Origin: Balanoglossus misakiensis
Taxonomy: Eukaryota; Animalia; Hemichordata
Reading direction: 5' to 3'
Assembly (NCBI GenBank): GCA_040954595.2
Contig: CM082584.2
Span: 11,374,552-11,438,551 of the forward strand
Length of the DNA stretch: 64,000 bases
How positions within the stretch are numbered: position 1 is the stretch's first letter; each line of letters opens with the position of its first letter. The position numbers and the translations under genes were made by a program. The notes under the pieces are model-generated. The model made no database searches. It worked only from the letters and a program-made list of their open reading frames with translations, and was not told where the DNA came from. Below are positions 10,441 through 25,400 of the stretch, one piece after another.

Positions 10441-13400
10441 CAGTCGTGACCGTTGATGTTATAGTTCATATGGGGATGCCCATTGAGTTCGAACGGAGTT
10501 TCTGGGACGCTTATCTCGGGGCCGTCTTAGTTGTCAACGACTTGAAGAGTTTACACGTTCATTCACTTGGCGTATCGGGCCTTATAACTTGCATTCGATT
10601 AATGTAACGACTGTGAGATGATTGTAAACTCCGAGTGAAAGAGATAGTCACGAAAAAAGAAATATCACACGGTACTTCCGTCTCGCTGTGTAGTAAAAAA
10701 AAGCGAGATTCCCTTATGTTATGGTTTGTGAGTTTATCCTTTGCAACTTAGCGCCATGCAACGGTCTGCGCGTTCGGGTGTCAACACTTCCTGATGTTGC
10801 ACAAATACATTGTTGCACTCCGGGAAAAAATGGCACATGCGTCAAACTGCCATTAGTTTACCTGTTCTATGCCATTCCTTTAGACCTTTCATTTCCAAAA
10901 CGGTCAATTTTACTTTTCAACGTTAGTCTTGAGATCGCGTCGGTCAAATGAACTGGGAATGTGGGCAGGGCTCCTCGGGACGCAGTGAAATGAACACGGT
11001 GTTGTCAGTTGCATGAAACCCTGTTCGTCGATTTCATAGATAATCTGTTTCGAAAACAACAAGAAAGGGGGCGTCAGCGACATGATTTCGTTTCATCGTA
11101 ATGTACAAATATATATTTATTTATATGCGATCATAGTAGCGGGGAAGAATTGTCGTTGAGAAAGTCTTAACTTTCGCGTCAATGCTAACCTGTTGCGTTC
11201 ATTGCATGTCGCAGTACTGCTCGACTGATTAAATTTAAAACACTATCACATAACTCATTGGGTAATCAAAATTTATTACACGCGTGTGTCTTGCATCAAA
11301 ACAACAGTTGTTATTCTTAAGTCTGTTTATTGATTGTCATATTGAGCAGTTTTTGTAATTAATTTCTTGTTTCAGAATCGCTGTGGATATATCAGCAGCG
11401 GGAACTAAGGTAAGTCGGGCTTTTGTGAAAATGGGAGTGGTGAATGCAGGAGAAGAATGTTGGTTGTTGTTTACTGTTGAGGAGTTTTATTCGTGTGTGA
11501 TGAATCTTTTCTGGAGTGTTACCCACGTCCGGGAAACCTGAGTGAAAATGTGTGTGGAGAGTTTAAGGAGTCGAGGCCATATTCCACTTAATCATATTAA
11601 GAATCCCTGTTTGCATCTTGTAACCAAGCAACAGGTCTTCTTAGCAGCCAGTCGCTTGTGGTGATGCAGGCCTCTGAAAACACTTGCGAATAACTGTTCA
11701 AATAATTCCTATTGTGCGGCAGCTTTTCTCAAGAAAATGCGCTCAGCATGTGCAAATTGACATCGCTCATAGTTAATATGACGAAGGATGGCGTCAATAC
11801 TTGTGCGTAGTATATATATTGATTCTCTATACCGCAGTGTTTTGCAAATTCGGGTAAAAGGGGATTATAAATTGGTTGGGTTTTGAAGCAAGTGGTTGCC
11901 CCATTCAGTTAAAATTTGCTCAGAGTCTAAGACAAGATTGGGACAAACGTTGGAAAAGGGGGGGGGGGGGGGGGTTATTTGATGCTTTGTGGGAAAATAT
12001 TGTACAAAAGAAGGGTTTCAAAAATAAATGCAGAGCCATTGAAAACGAACAATGGAAGCATGAATACCCTTTCACCGCTGCTTACCCAGTGGGTTTTGTG
12101 CGTGTCTGTGTGTCACCGGGATAACACAGTAAGTGCACCACAATAGGCCCGGAGACTTGTTGCAACTTGAGTGGGAAGGTGGTATTTCGGCCACGTATAG
12201 GATTTCACCTGTCATGAATAGATGTCTGAAAGTGGAGACTGGGGCTGGAGAAATTTAAAACACGGTCTTTCAGGTGAATTGAAAGACACTCGGCTTGGTA
12301 TTGCCAAGAGAAATCAATTGGTATTGTGTACGGCCTGTAGACAAAGCTCTGTGTGTGTGCGATTTAAAATGTATTTGACCAGGGGAGGGCTGGTGGACTG
12401 AAATGCAAGCGGGATTGTCTACTCAACATCTACCACAAGAGTGTGACGTCACCCCGGCCCTTGGGTGTGAGCTTGCCTCTGTTTTGTCGGCAGATTGTGA
12501 AATTTCTGTCGAAGCGGGTGTGTTCTTCGCTGGTGAATTCAAGATGCTGAGACTTTTAGAGTGCAACAGGGGTTTTCAATTAAATGATACGAAAAAGATA
12601 ACATTTCATTTGGGATTTCTGTTACCTGACTGTATCCCTGTCTTGGGGGCATGAATAATGAGTGTGCTCTTGTTGTTGAGCTGCATTGTCAGGATGCATT
12701 GTTACTTGCTCTCAGAATTCTTTTTCTGAAGCCAAGTGGGGCTTCTATAAGTGTTGGAATTTCTGGTCTCCGTCACATTTATTGTGTGAACATGTTTTGT
12801 GGGAACGGAATCAGTTTCATCACCAAACCCAGCTATGTTTGAGTGTACGGCATCACAGGAATAAAGATAATAATGCTTTTAGACAAAACTATTTGTGATA
12901 AACATTAAACAAGCTGATGAGAAAGAATTTTATTTTTCATAATCATAAACACTTGTTTCAGCTCTACTACCACCAAGCTACTGAGGTAGAGTTGGGATAG
13001 ATGACCTTATGACCTCTCAAACTTGTGTAACCTTTTGACACAACAACATACAGTACAATAACATCTAATACAGTTGTCAAAACTAGAGAATATTTGGGAA
13101 GCTGTTTGAGAAAAAGATTGACAAGGAATTTTGTGATGACGAGAAGATGAACACCTTTGTTTATTCAGGACAAGTATAAGCACATCTGTTTCATATGAAA
13201 AGCAGTGGATTACCAACCAGATGCTTAATTCTTTCCCGATGTAAAGGTTTTTTCTGACTCATTAGCAATTAATAGAAGACAGGTAAACAGGGAATCCCAA
13301 ACTTCTGTCTTTTATACTGTCAAGCCAAAATAGGGATGTGTGTAGTAAATTTTAGAGTTCAGTTCTGCATTCTGATTCCCAGGGGTAGTAGACCTTGTAA

Positions 13401-16400
13401 ATTTTATGGGAAGTAAAATACGCTACAATTAGAGATTACTAATGAGTCACTGAATAGGAACCGAATAAAAGACTGAAGCCGTGACGTGTTAGGGGGTATT
13501 GTCAAGACTAACTCAAGTGACTTGTTTGAAGTTTCAAGGAATTGAAAAGCATTGCGCAAGGCTGACAGCTTTTCAAAGTTTATTGCATGCTTAGCGGTAA
13601 ACCTGAGATACAGTTTACAAATTCCCTTTTTATCCCGGACAAAGAGGAATGTTAATACTTGTGGTCGGGCATTGAGGAGTACACGTTTTCCCTCTTGTCA
13701 AATAAGGCCTTTGCCCATTCATTTGGCAGAAAGGGACGTTTTGTTTCGGTGTCCCCATAGTTACTTTGTGTTGCGACAGAGAACTAGGAGTTGCTGCTGA
13801 GGTTGGAATGTTGTGTACTGATGAAGTGGCTTCAATTGTCTCCCTGGCGATGTCGGGCCTGAGAATTCAATGGCAGGGGCAATTTGCTGTGGTGTTGAGA
13901 ATTTCGTGACATGGCAGTTTGCTATGCACTTAACGGCTGGTTTTTGAAAGCATCTCCGGCTTTGAAATTGCTGACTGGTCTTGAGTTAACGAGTGATGGA
14001 TGTAACGGCGTTTGCTCAGTGACGACAACGGCAACTGTCAGTAAATCAACAGGCGGATGGAGAAGCATCTCAAAGCGTTCTCATCCCCCGTGCAGGTTAA
14101 TCACCATTTAATCAGAAGAAGTAGAAGTAGCAAAACAACAGTGACCTCCATCCCTATAAATCTATTTTCCAAAAATCAGAATTATGGTGTTTGAAATGAA
14201 AGAGGGAAGATATTTGATAGGGTGTGTTTCTCTGGTGCTGTAATTCACACCCAGTAATAATATCGTCATGCCTACGATTGTTGAGAAAATGCAGGTGGTC
14301 ACCCAATGAAGGATATTATGTTGTTTATAGTGTGAACAGAAAAATGCAGTTCTACTGTAAAAAGACACATCACTTCACAGACCTGTTTGAAGAAGATTTA
14401 CATGTCCCAGAAAGCATTGCACACCAATTAGATATCTCCATTTGACCTTTTGGTCACAACACTCTTGAACTTTTTATATTTCGATTAATTGCAATTGCAA
14501 ATTGGACATATGGGTGCTAGCTTTTTCCCTGGTGGGTTGGAGAATTCCCTTCCCCAAGCCATGGATGACCTTGTGTTTCTGTGTAATGATGTTTTTAATT
14601 TTGACAGAGTTCCCTGGATATAATCCCTGTCTGTGGTTTGAATAGGGCTATTGACGTTGGCATTCTCGATGCTTTAACTGTGTCTTTTTTGCAATTGTTC
14701 TCCTTTTGAATAAGGTGGGCGCGATTGTGTATGGGCGAAAACACAGATCAATATGTGGTGACAGTGTTACGTAACTTGAAACTTGTTTGGGTAAAGCTAT
14801 TATATGCAGAGTGGTGCGCAAATTAATGCACGGCCGTCATGATCGGGTGAATGCTGTCGGTGTTTCACTGATGGAAAATTACACTCAGCGTAATTAAAAA
14901 AATGTATGCAGTGCGATGCATTACCTGCATGGTGCTGGTTTGAGATGTTGAAATTATTCAAGAAAATGAGATTTTGTGAAATAATGTTTGTTGTATTACT
15001 TTCAGTGAGCTGATCTATATTTGGAGTGACTATGTCGCATGATTCATCATTCGCTTGTCTATTTTTGCACATAAAAAATGAGTGACTCAAAAAAGGGTGT
15101 GTACACAGAACGAAAAATGTGTTTGTTTAGTTCGAATGAAAATGGCGTATGAATTCTTGTGAAGCCTTACCCAGCATACATACATACCTGTGCAGTCTCT
15201 GTAAAGGATGTTTGTTTTTGTGCTCTGCTGAATAAAGGAACGCTAATCGTGCAGAGGCTTAGTGTCTTGTCAGTACTACCTGTGGAAGCTGTGAGGGTAG
15301 GGCTTTCTATGTTGCATCGCTGAATTGAGGTGGCATTCTTGTAGAGAAGGTTACACGCCATGACAGTTGAGCCATTCAATTCGGAGAGGGGTCTTTGTCA
15401 CAACACACGGACCATTGTTCAGACAAGGTTCTCTCTGCGTTGGTGCCACGCAAGACAAACGGTCTGCTGAGGCATTTGTCAAACTCTGAATAACTTCAGA
15501 CCCACTTAACCTTGCCTCAGATTTGTGTTTGTGCGACCTTTAATTTATAGGAGTTGTACTTGCATGGTGAACTAGCATTTATTTTGTGCGGTCAATGGTC
15601 CAGCAGTCTGGTCCCTTGCTGTGTGTTTGTCTGACCAGTGGCCTTTATATTTTAGCCTGGTCAACCCTGCTAGAAAATGCATTGTAAAATTGAGATTACC
15701 AGCAGTGACTAATCTCACCAATTTACAAACATGCTTGTTCCCAAATCACCTGAGTTGAGGGAAAATTTTATTTTACCCAACTTGGGACATGAAGCAGACG
15801 GAGGCCATGAGCAAATCAGGACTACTTCTCTGAGTTCCTAAGGCAAGCCAAGAACGGCGTCAGAGTTGAATTGCCAAAGCTGGGGCTATGCATAATGCTG
15901 GTTGGGTTGGTCGAGATATAAAGTGACATTTAAGCAGCTGGAGGCAGAGTCTTCTCCACCATGGGTAATCAATCAATCACTCTAACTTGAAACTGTCTAC
16001 ATCAGATCAGTTCACACACGTCATGTAACGTGCTGGCGACATCTGTAAATTAAAATGAAAAAGTTTGGAGGATTGAATAACGCAAAATGCATAATCTTAT
16101 TTCTATGATTGAAATTGATCCCAACCATCCCTGCTGGACACTTTGATGGCCGCGAGTCTGAAACGAAAGGTATGTGTTACTTGTTGTCTCTTGTGTTGTC
16201 TGTCTGTGCAGGAAAGCGTTTTTAAATTCTGCTGAGTGCTCTGGATCGGTGAAAATCTGATTGAATTTTTATCAGTTTTCCATTCAGTCACTTACTATCC
16301 AAGGCGATTACCTGGCTACTGTCGAGCCTTGCGTCCGGGAATGCAGTGAGGTTCCACTGTGCCGTCTTTATCGCTGAAGTCTCTTACAGTGATTTCAGCA

Positions 16401-19400
16401 TTTCAATGGCGTACCGAAAATAACCTCGTCTTCTGTGTTGTCATTAACACCGCACAAGAAATTTGCTTGTCTGAAGAGCTGTAGAAGCAAAGGAGGTTTT
16501 GATTGGGTCTGCTCTCTGTTTGTGTGTGTGGGTGCTTATCAAACTAAAATGTCCTCTCAATAGATCCGTCATCATCCCAATTTCTTTGCCGTCTGCTCCA
16601 TTGAAATTCCGGTGCAGTTTTCCCATATTTTCTCTTTGCAAACGTTCATTTCCCAGCTGTCTCTCTTGTGGCTGTTTGCAACGTTCTATGATTACACGAA
16701 GATTCAGATAGTCTGCAGAATTCTAATGTGGGCGTCTTATTCGTTCAGTGGAATACAACTTGTTTTGTTTCCTCTAGGATCAGTGATATTACAATGCCCC
16801 ATGATTCAAAGTCACAGCCTTTGCTTTAATTAATAAATGTTCACAATATGAATTACGAGTTGAATTCTCAGAATACCCATATTATTCTTGTAATGTGACT
16901 CTAATGATAGATTTGACAGTTGTCAGTCAAGCAAACTAAAAAGTGCAATTGTGTCTTTTATGACGGTCAATTTTACCCCCAACTGAACACAAATTAAGTC
17001 AATTATTGGCCGAGCCTGCTACAGGAAATTGTTGCTCTGAAAAGAGATGTGTGACTTATTTCACAAAAGCAGTACTTAGTGCGAGGATTTTTGTTTGTCC
17101 AGTGTGGCTGCTTCATTGGCTGAGCATGTTCTAATTGGAAGGATGCAATAATGATTTGAAAGTGAGCGATTTGAGGTGTTATTATAGCTTGTTTTCATGC
17201 ATGATGCTGCTGAGTTAACAATTAGCACAAGAGGCTATGTGCGTATTCCTTCAAAGTAGGAAAATGGCATCTTTCTTTATTTTTAAGGAAATTCTAGTAT
17301 ATTCTTTGATGACTCGAAATGATATGATGTGATGGGTCATGGTAATGGTTTTTGATAGATTTTCTCTAGGGCTACATCATGTTTAAAAGTTATGTTCAGA
17401 GATGCCCAAGGCATTTCTCGGAACTCTAGCAAGCTGAAATGAACACTGAGAATCTGCCGACCTTCCAGATGTCCCAGATGAGTTATAAACACAATCTTCG
17501 CGGGATCAGAAAGTAATCCTTCATTTCACACGTTACTGGACATATGAATATATCGCAAGTCTTGCCATTATCTCATATCTCAGACCTTCCTCTGTCCATT
17601 CCGCGACCAGATGTACCTGTTTTCATACTGGGGCCTCTCTGGACAAAGCTTATGCCCTGGGGGAAATACATGCATTTGTCATGCGCCTTCTGTGACTTGT
17701 TATGGATCCAAGAGGTCTTGTTTAGGGTTAGGTCGTCAATGATGCAGCCATGTATCGATTTGTAAACAACAACATGTACAACGTAGAGCAATGATGGATG
17801 ACCTCACTGGGCCTCAATAAAACCTACATACAGATATATTTTTGTTACTGCATGTAACAGATACAAGTGGCCTTACTGCTTGACAAGGAAATCAACATGC
17901 AAGAAATGTACATCACCATGGTAACATTGGTAAACACACTTGCGTAGTGGTTCGATATGGTCTCACATCATTGCACCAAAGGTGACCTTTGCAGTAAATT
18001 CCCAAGTTTGATTCATTATTTACTTTCAAGACCTAAGTACTTTGCTTGTTTTGATGTAACATGCTTGTTAAAACATAACTGTGCATATCAAATTAATATT
18101 GGCATTAATTTGATTGAAGTATCAACATTAATTGAAACCAGAGTTGCATATTTTGTTGCCGGCTTCGGTGGAATTTAGAGTGTTGTTGTGAATGTGATGT
18201 ATTAAGATGGTTCTTGTCAGTGGGGAAATGGCCAGCCCAAGATGAATTGTCTGATCAAAAAATAAGTACCCAAATCCCATGATGTGCTTGCTAAGAACGA
18301 TTAGAAATTTTTTTGTTCATCGATTATGTTTGCATTAGGAGCTTTTAGTCCTTTTAGACTAATTGATGGTGTATTTATTAGGAAGTGGGTGGGCACCAAA
18401 ATGGTTAAAAGCAATTATCCGCCAGAAAAGTTATACCACAGTGCTTGTGCATGACCGGGAAGGCCAGTGAAGGGGGTACGTGTAACCTGTGCAGGCTTGG
18501 GATTTTGGTTGTGATATGAGAAGTTCTCAATGTACAGAAATATGTGTGTCTCTGGTGTTTACATGCAATAAAGCTTTTTTGGGTACAGCTGGTGTGTATT
18601 AGACTATTTACATGTACTAGAAATTGGGTCGATGTCCTCTGCTAGAGAGCCCTTCATGGCAATGGGCATGTCATTATGGGTGTCAGTTGGTCAGTTGGTA
18701 CATCAAGGTGACCTTGACTTCGGGAAAGTTAATCCTATCATCCTACCGCTCAGAAATTAAAGCACTCACTTACGACATCCCCGTATTAAATTCTCTCTTG
18801 GTCTCAGCCTAGAGACTTTGCTCAGCTGGCAGGCATTGCTATGATTTCCTGAAGTCGGTTCAGTTGCTGACGTGCACGCCAACCAGGTCAGGTATGAGTT
18901 CCGAACTAAAAGCGCAGATTATATATGGCATATGGAAAACTGTCTGGTACATTTCATGTGTTACGGATGTTAGAATATGACGACTGTAATAAACCATGTC
19001 AGGCGTGCATTTCTGTCTCTCTTTTTTGAAATAATGACATTTTCTAAATTGGACCATTTGTCATGAAAAAGTACGAAACAGCTTGCGCAATAGCCGATGA
19101 AAATCACTCAGTAAAAGGCTTGCAAGTTCCTGAGCAGAGCAGGGAAAATATGGCTTGCCAGAGATGGATGCTGTCTTTATTACTAGTGCCCCATGTTATA
19201 TAAAGGCAAGTTTTATGCCACCTTCGCTTAATCAAAGGTCATACATCTCAGTACCGAGTTTCATCAACAGAGAATACAGTTGTATATACTGTGATCGATG
19301 TAAATTACATAAATGTCTGGGACTGATATTAAGTTAGCAGTCACCCTGCGGCTAAAACAGCATGGCTAATAGGGTTATCTCAGGTCATCTATAAAGGAAG

Positions 19401-22400
19401 ATTTGACATTTTTGACTCCCACTGTGTCCGTTGGACTTACCACTGATACCCCATAGTAATGTGTGTCATCATTGAAGGCCTTATTTCATTATTTGCCTCT
19501 CGTTTGTAGGTAATGCAAATGTTTCCATTATTCAGGTAAAATTTAAAATTGCAGACTGTTGCATTGTCGTATAGGCATTGCTGAGCAATTAATTGGCTAG
19601 TGTTAACGACAAAAGGTGACATATTTCTAGAAATGTATTTTAATGACTGTTCAAAATGCAATATATGCGACTCTGATGAATTCACTCATTTGATGCACGG
19701 CTACACTTCCTTGTGTGAACCTCACGTAAAGTGGAGCTTTTGAAAGCTGTACTCTACAAGGACCTGTTGCTAGGGCTACTGTTGTTTCTTTACTCCAGTT
19801 GGAGAGTGGCTTTTGCAGTGTTGATGTCCAAACACTACAAGTGTGTGTTAGCTTTCATCTGTTTGGAGATATCTGGATTTAAATATGGGTTGGAATCATG
19901 GAATTTTTTATGCACAAAAACTGCCAATCACGAGCTCTCGTTTCTGTTGAAACATTGCGACTTGAATGAGCGTAGGCAGAAAGAGTAGATCTTCACACAC
20001 ACACGTTTCATAATAGCTTAAAAGGTTGTGATCAATAAAGTAAATAATGCATTCAGCTTGGTTTCATAGCCATGGTAACACCACTTTGAATGCTTGGCAA
20101 ACTTGCATGTTTTTTTGTGACAATAGGAATAGCAACCCCCCATGTAACCCTCCTTGGAAACCCTGCCATGTCCTGTACCAGCACGTCTTAAAAGAATACA
20201 ATCACCAATAATTTACATAATACACCCATATATGGTTAAAGCATGTTAAAGGTCATGTGATCACCCACCGAAAATTTTTGATTGGCTAGATCTCAACTTT
20301 GCCTGGTAACTGTGGCTAAATTTACTTGGGTGATTGTGTACCTTTAACCTGTCTGGAAACAGAACACTGACCCAAGATATCACCATTTGCACATGCATGT
20401 ACATTTACACTTACAGAATGTATTTCCAAAATTCCCAACCTTTTTCCTGACCAAAATAAAACTGAGGTCAGTCTTTACCCGGTTGTCTTTTCAAGGTCAT
20501 GGCCTCGGCATTAGGGTCATTGTCCATCCTGTGAGACACACCGCCAATGGGTGTATTGCTTCAATAAAATTTCATTCTTCATGAGAAAGCGTGTATAATA
20601 GGGGAAAGTGTGTCCGAGGATACATGCTTGGACATGCTTTCAAAATGACATTGCAGAATTGTCGGCCTGCCTTTATTAGATGCCATGAATAGCTTTCAAT
20701 TTCTACAGAGAGCGGGTCCTGTCATGAGTTTGCAGATAATACACACATCTTTGGGGTGGCATTTTTTTATGTCCTGTGCATTCAACTGGTGCACGGTAGC
20801 CATTAAGGTCACCTGATCTTGTCGTAAAGGTTGATGATGGCCCAGCAAACATACAGCAGATGTCAACTGTGTTTCTGCGCCTCTTGGCTAAGGATGAGCA
20901 CTGAGATTTTCACAGTACAGTAGCCTGTGGATACACCTGACCTTTATCACCCCACTCCTCCCCAGCCTCCTGAATAGAATGATCCAGCAGAGACAGCAGT
21001 GATGACTGCTTGCTGCTTTGCACATCCAACTGAGAAATGCTGCTGTCAGAGTTCGTCTATAATAAAATGGTCCTGTGTGATCTAGGTGGGATGACCCTTG
21101 ACCTGTGGCGTTTCAAACTGGCAGGCTGAAGCCCTGCATTTCCCGAGCTGTCAGAAAAAAACTCTGGTGGTGTAGGTGATCAAACCAAATAACGTATGAA
21201 ATCAAACGATGCCATGCCATGCCAACATTGACACCTGTATAAAATCAATATTATCGCTATTTTTGATCAATACTACATTCCCTTTAACAGACTGTCATGA
21301 GTGTGTAAATTTGTCGCTCTTTTGTCCAGGCTGAAACAAGTGAAGGTAGAATTCAATAAAATACAAAGCGAAAGTACGCTGAATTTCGAGTCAGTTCTCT
21401 GCCTTGTGTGTTATATTGACTTCTTGTTTAATTTGGTGGATAGTGCTGGTACCTATGACGTCATCAGTTGGTCGACACTTGTCACATGGTGTTTGTACCG
21501 TTTGTACAAAAGCCTGCAGTGAAGAAAAGAAACTCCGCAAAGCACAACCATATGCACGGCACAATTCTGTCTCCCTGTGTGCTTTGCAAAACGGGACAAT
21601 GAAAAGCGGCCTTTGGAACGTGCGTGGCTTTTTCTTACAAATTGACAAAGGCGCCATTGTGTGAGTTCAACAAGTGAATAAAACGTGCCGGTTGTGAGGC
21701 GAGAGAGAGAGTGGGTTGGTTTGCCAGTATTCTCATCAACAGATAACCTGCCTTTACTGGAGGTTTGTGTACTCGATGCTATGCATGTGTGGCATGCAGC
21801 ATCTTCTTTATTGTTGATCACACACAACTTTAACTCTGCTAGAAGTCAATGGCTATTAAATTATCTTCAGTCGAAAGCAGAACGAAGAAAAATGCACCAA
21901 TCACAAAGAAGAGTTGACTGCATCAGCACAGACAAGTTGCCCGTAGCAACAGGGTCGGTACAGAAGCTTCGTGTTCTCCAAGCCAAGGGTGTGTGTGTAT
22001 TGATTTCTTTTGCCAAGTGGCATGATGATTGATCGATCACCTGTCGTCAAATTACACACATTTCGTGCAAATCAGATTTCAGTTGCTGTGTGTATTATTT
22101 CTTCAATTCTTCCCAAAAGTCAAACTGATACAAACGCAGTTTATTATCTAAATGTGACTGTTTTTGTAAAGGTTAAATTATGCGAATATCTTTGGACTGC
22201 GGGGTAGCTTGTCTGAAAGCGGAACTTTTATCATCAATTATGATAGACGTAAAGGTCAGCGTAGCATGGTCACCGTGGTGGGCAATATTGGGAGATAATG
22301 TAGTGTAGATAGTGTTTCGTCTCAGCTCGCCGTTTCTCAGTGCAATTTCCAGTACTTGACAGCAGTCAGTAACTCAACATGTCTCTCGCATGGCACTTCA

Positions 22401-25400
22401 TAGTTGTCATAGCAACCACTGGGTTGTTGCGCGGAGCATTGCGTCGTCGCGAGTAGCCATATTTGTTATTGACTTATTTTTAGGCCCCTCGCATACAAGA
22501 TTTTTGCTGGTACTCTTGCGATAAGGGCTCTCTCTCCTGTTCTTTTTGGTTTTGATAAATGTATTGATGGTCAAGAAGCCAAGGACGGTTGAAAGCAGAG
22601 ATCGATGCACCACCTTTGTCTCAGGTTCTTTTGTCAGAGTCATAAAATTAGGAGTCAAGAGCAGAAAACGGCAACAAATTTCTAAGTCACCTTTTGCAGA
22701 AGTAATGCTGTAAAAAACAATTACTTTATTCACATACATGTACAAACATTGAATACAATGGCAGCATTTGCATAATCACAGGTCCTTCTGATATCAGTCT
22801 TACTTTATGAGTTTGATGCAATATTTTTCTAACAATCAAATTGCCTTGTCAAACCCCTAACACCAGGCTGCCGCAAACAAACCATCTGTACTTGGATTCC
22901 AACCTGTTGACCGAGACTTTTCACATGCTAATGTTTCGCAAGCACATGCAGGTATAAAAAACGTGATGGATTATGTATATTTCTGCCAAAAATAAATCAG
23001 CAAGATAAAGGACATGGCATTTAATACAATGCCTGCTTGTTAGGTATGACAATGGGATATCTGTTACAGCGAAAATGATGTGAATTTGATGACCCACATG
23101 AAGGACATTTTCAAGGGGTTTTATTAATTAATTTAGTCATCTTTGCTAATTGGTTGATACATTAGACACACACATGTACAGAATTTAAATTTCTGATGAG
23201 CATTTCATAGCAGTAGCTATATTATAAATGGAATAATTAAAGACAACATCATTCTCTTAATGGAGTGTGTTGAAAAATAAAGTTCATGAGCATTTCAGGT
23301 TGACACATTTCCATTTAAAAAGTTGCGGTTTAAATTGACTTTTTGTCATGCACGTTTAGCCCAAGTTCCCCCAAAACACATTACAATAGAATGGTAGGAC
23401 ACATAATGATCGCTCCAACAGTGTTATAAATTTTCATATTGAAGCGCTACAGTTTTTCTTTTGTCTGGGGCTACAAAGGGAGTGCTAATGGATTTGTGAT
23501 TGATTGCTTGATCACTTGGATGAAGTGAGTTTTTTTCATTATTAATACATTAATGTGATGATGGAAAGCACCTGATGTGGTTACAATTCGACCGACACAC
23601 AGAGGCCTTCCGAGTTCGACAGCGTACCTCGTCCATCACACTGTTGTTTCTAAATGCAATCGTCTACGTATTCGTTATGTATCGTAATAAACTTCCATCA
23701 CAGTATTGTCTGCTGGGCTCTCCACCATCTTACAGCTGCTACATCTATCAGAATCCATATTGACTCCCATGAATTTTAACCATCAATATCCCTATTATCT
23801 GCCCACAGTAAATTGCCATCGATCACACTATGTTGAACATGACTGATTCCTATGTTGAACATAACTGAAGTCTATTTGGGCCTGAACTGGACTCGGACAT
23901 GCCCAAATCGATTTCATTCAAACGTGGCTATGTCATTGACGATGACTTGTTATCAGAGGATCGAGTGGATCTGTAAACAACTCGTAGTAGACCCACTCCA
24001 GAATAAATGGGGTGTAAAGATTACTTGAACGTTCTGGGAATGCTTTTTGTTGGAATATCAAACTGGAAGATGACCTCTGTTAACATACACTGTAGTCACA
24101 AAATTAAATATATTCTGTTTTTGATATCTTTTAACCATTTAAACATCACTGAAAGATAAAAAGGTGTTTCTAATGTTGTATAATATCAAATAATTGTCTC
24201 ATTGCGAAAAAAAAAATGTGAGAGTTAAAGTTTATCCAATGTCGTGTATTCATGTTGGATTTCACTGAAAAAGAAACAAATTAAGCCTAAATTCTGCAGA
24301 TAATGTAACTGGAATTATGCAACAGCCTTTATGAAAATTTGAATTCTGCTGTCAGAGTGATTGTTCCATTTTAATGATTAATTTTCGTGTCCCACACTTG
24401 AAAAGCGGGTGGCCTTAATTATATATTCGTGGTAGGCTTGTCATATGGCACCCTGCCAATGAAAGTGGAACCAGATGGTACTCTTGATTCATAGCATTTC
24501 GGTCGAGCCTGTGCTTTCTATACTGTTCAGTCGTATCAGTAACTCATAGCCTACGCGACAGTGTAGCAGGGAAAAATGGTGAAAAAAAACGTAACGTCTG
24601 CGTGAAAAAATTCTTGCCTGTGTGCATGAATATATTGGTGCGACGTATATTAAAAGTAAACAAATATGTCACCTTTGTTTGATTGTTGTCAATCAAATAG
24701 TCATCAGAGAGCAAGATCTAGAGTGTATGTATTTCAGGTCACAGACATTATTCCTATTTCGCCCGAGACGTACTCAATAAAAAACAGGCTCTCCATGCTT
24801 GAAGTAGTAGGCAATTTATGTCCCCTTGTTTTCTAAATGGGCTTCCACCTGTGTGTCAAACAAGCGACTTTTTTTTTTGTAATTAGAAAAGGCGAACATG
24901 CATATCAAATTAGACAAATAATCGGCGTAATAGCCTCTCTTGCGCACTTCCCTCTGTTGGTGCTGGTAGTGAGGTCGTCGTGTACCCTAGCTGCTGCTCC
25001 CAGTTCGGCATCTGGCCACTTTTCATATCGTGCTGTCTACGTACTACCATCAGGCTGTTTTCTTTGCTGTCCTTTGCTGTCGTTGTCCAGTATCTTAGCG
25101 ATGAGTGTCTACACCCACGTCATTGAATTGGTATGTATTCTTTCTTGCCTGTGTGCTGTTTTGTTTTTTCTCCACGACATTTATCTTATCAGTAATAGGG
25201 GCCTGCCACAAAGGCCCGGGTGTCTGCTGTATAGTGGTGTCATTGTTGCACCTGGCTAAGTGTTGGCAGTGTTGACATTTACTGAGTACGTGGTATGGCT
25301 GTTAATACAGCGTGCCTCACTCGGGTCACTGCGAACCGCTCTCTCTACCTTCTCTTGCGCTATCATTTGCCGGACACACTTGTGATTAGCTCTGGCTTTG

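Noticed and set aside
11957-11975. Poly-G run (and poly-C at ~55459-55473)
   Set aside because: Simple homopolymers of uncertain length; no supporting context.
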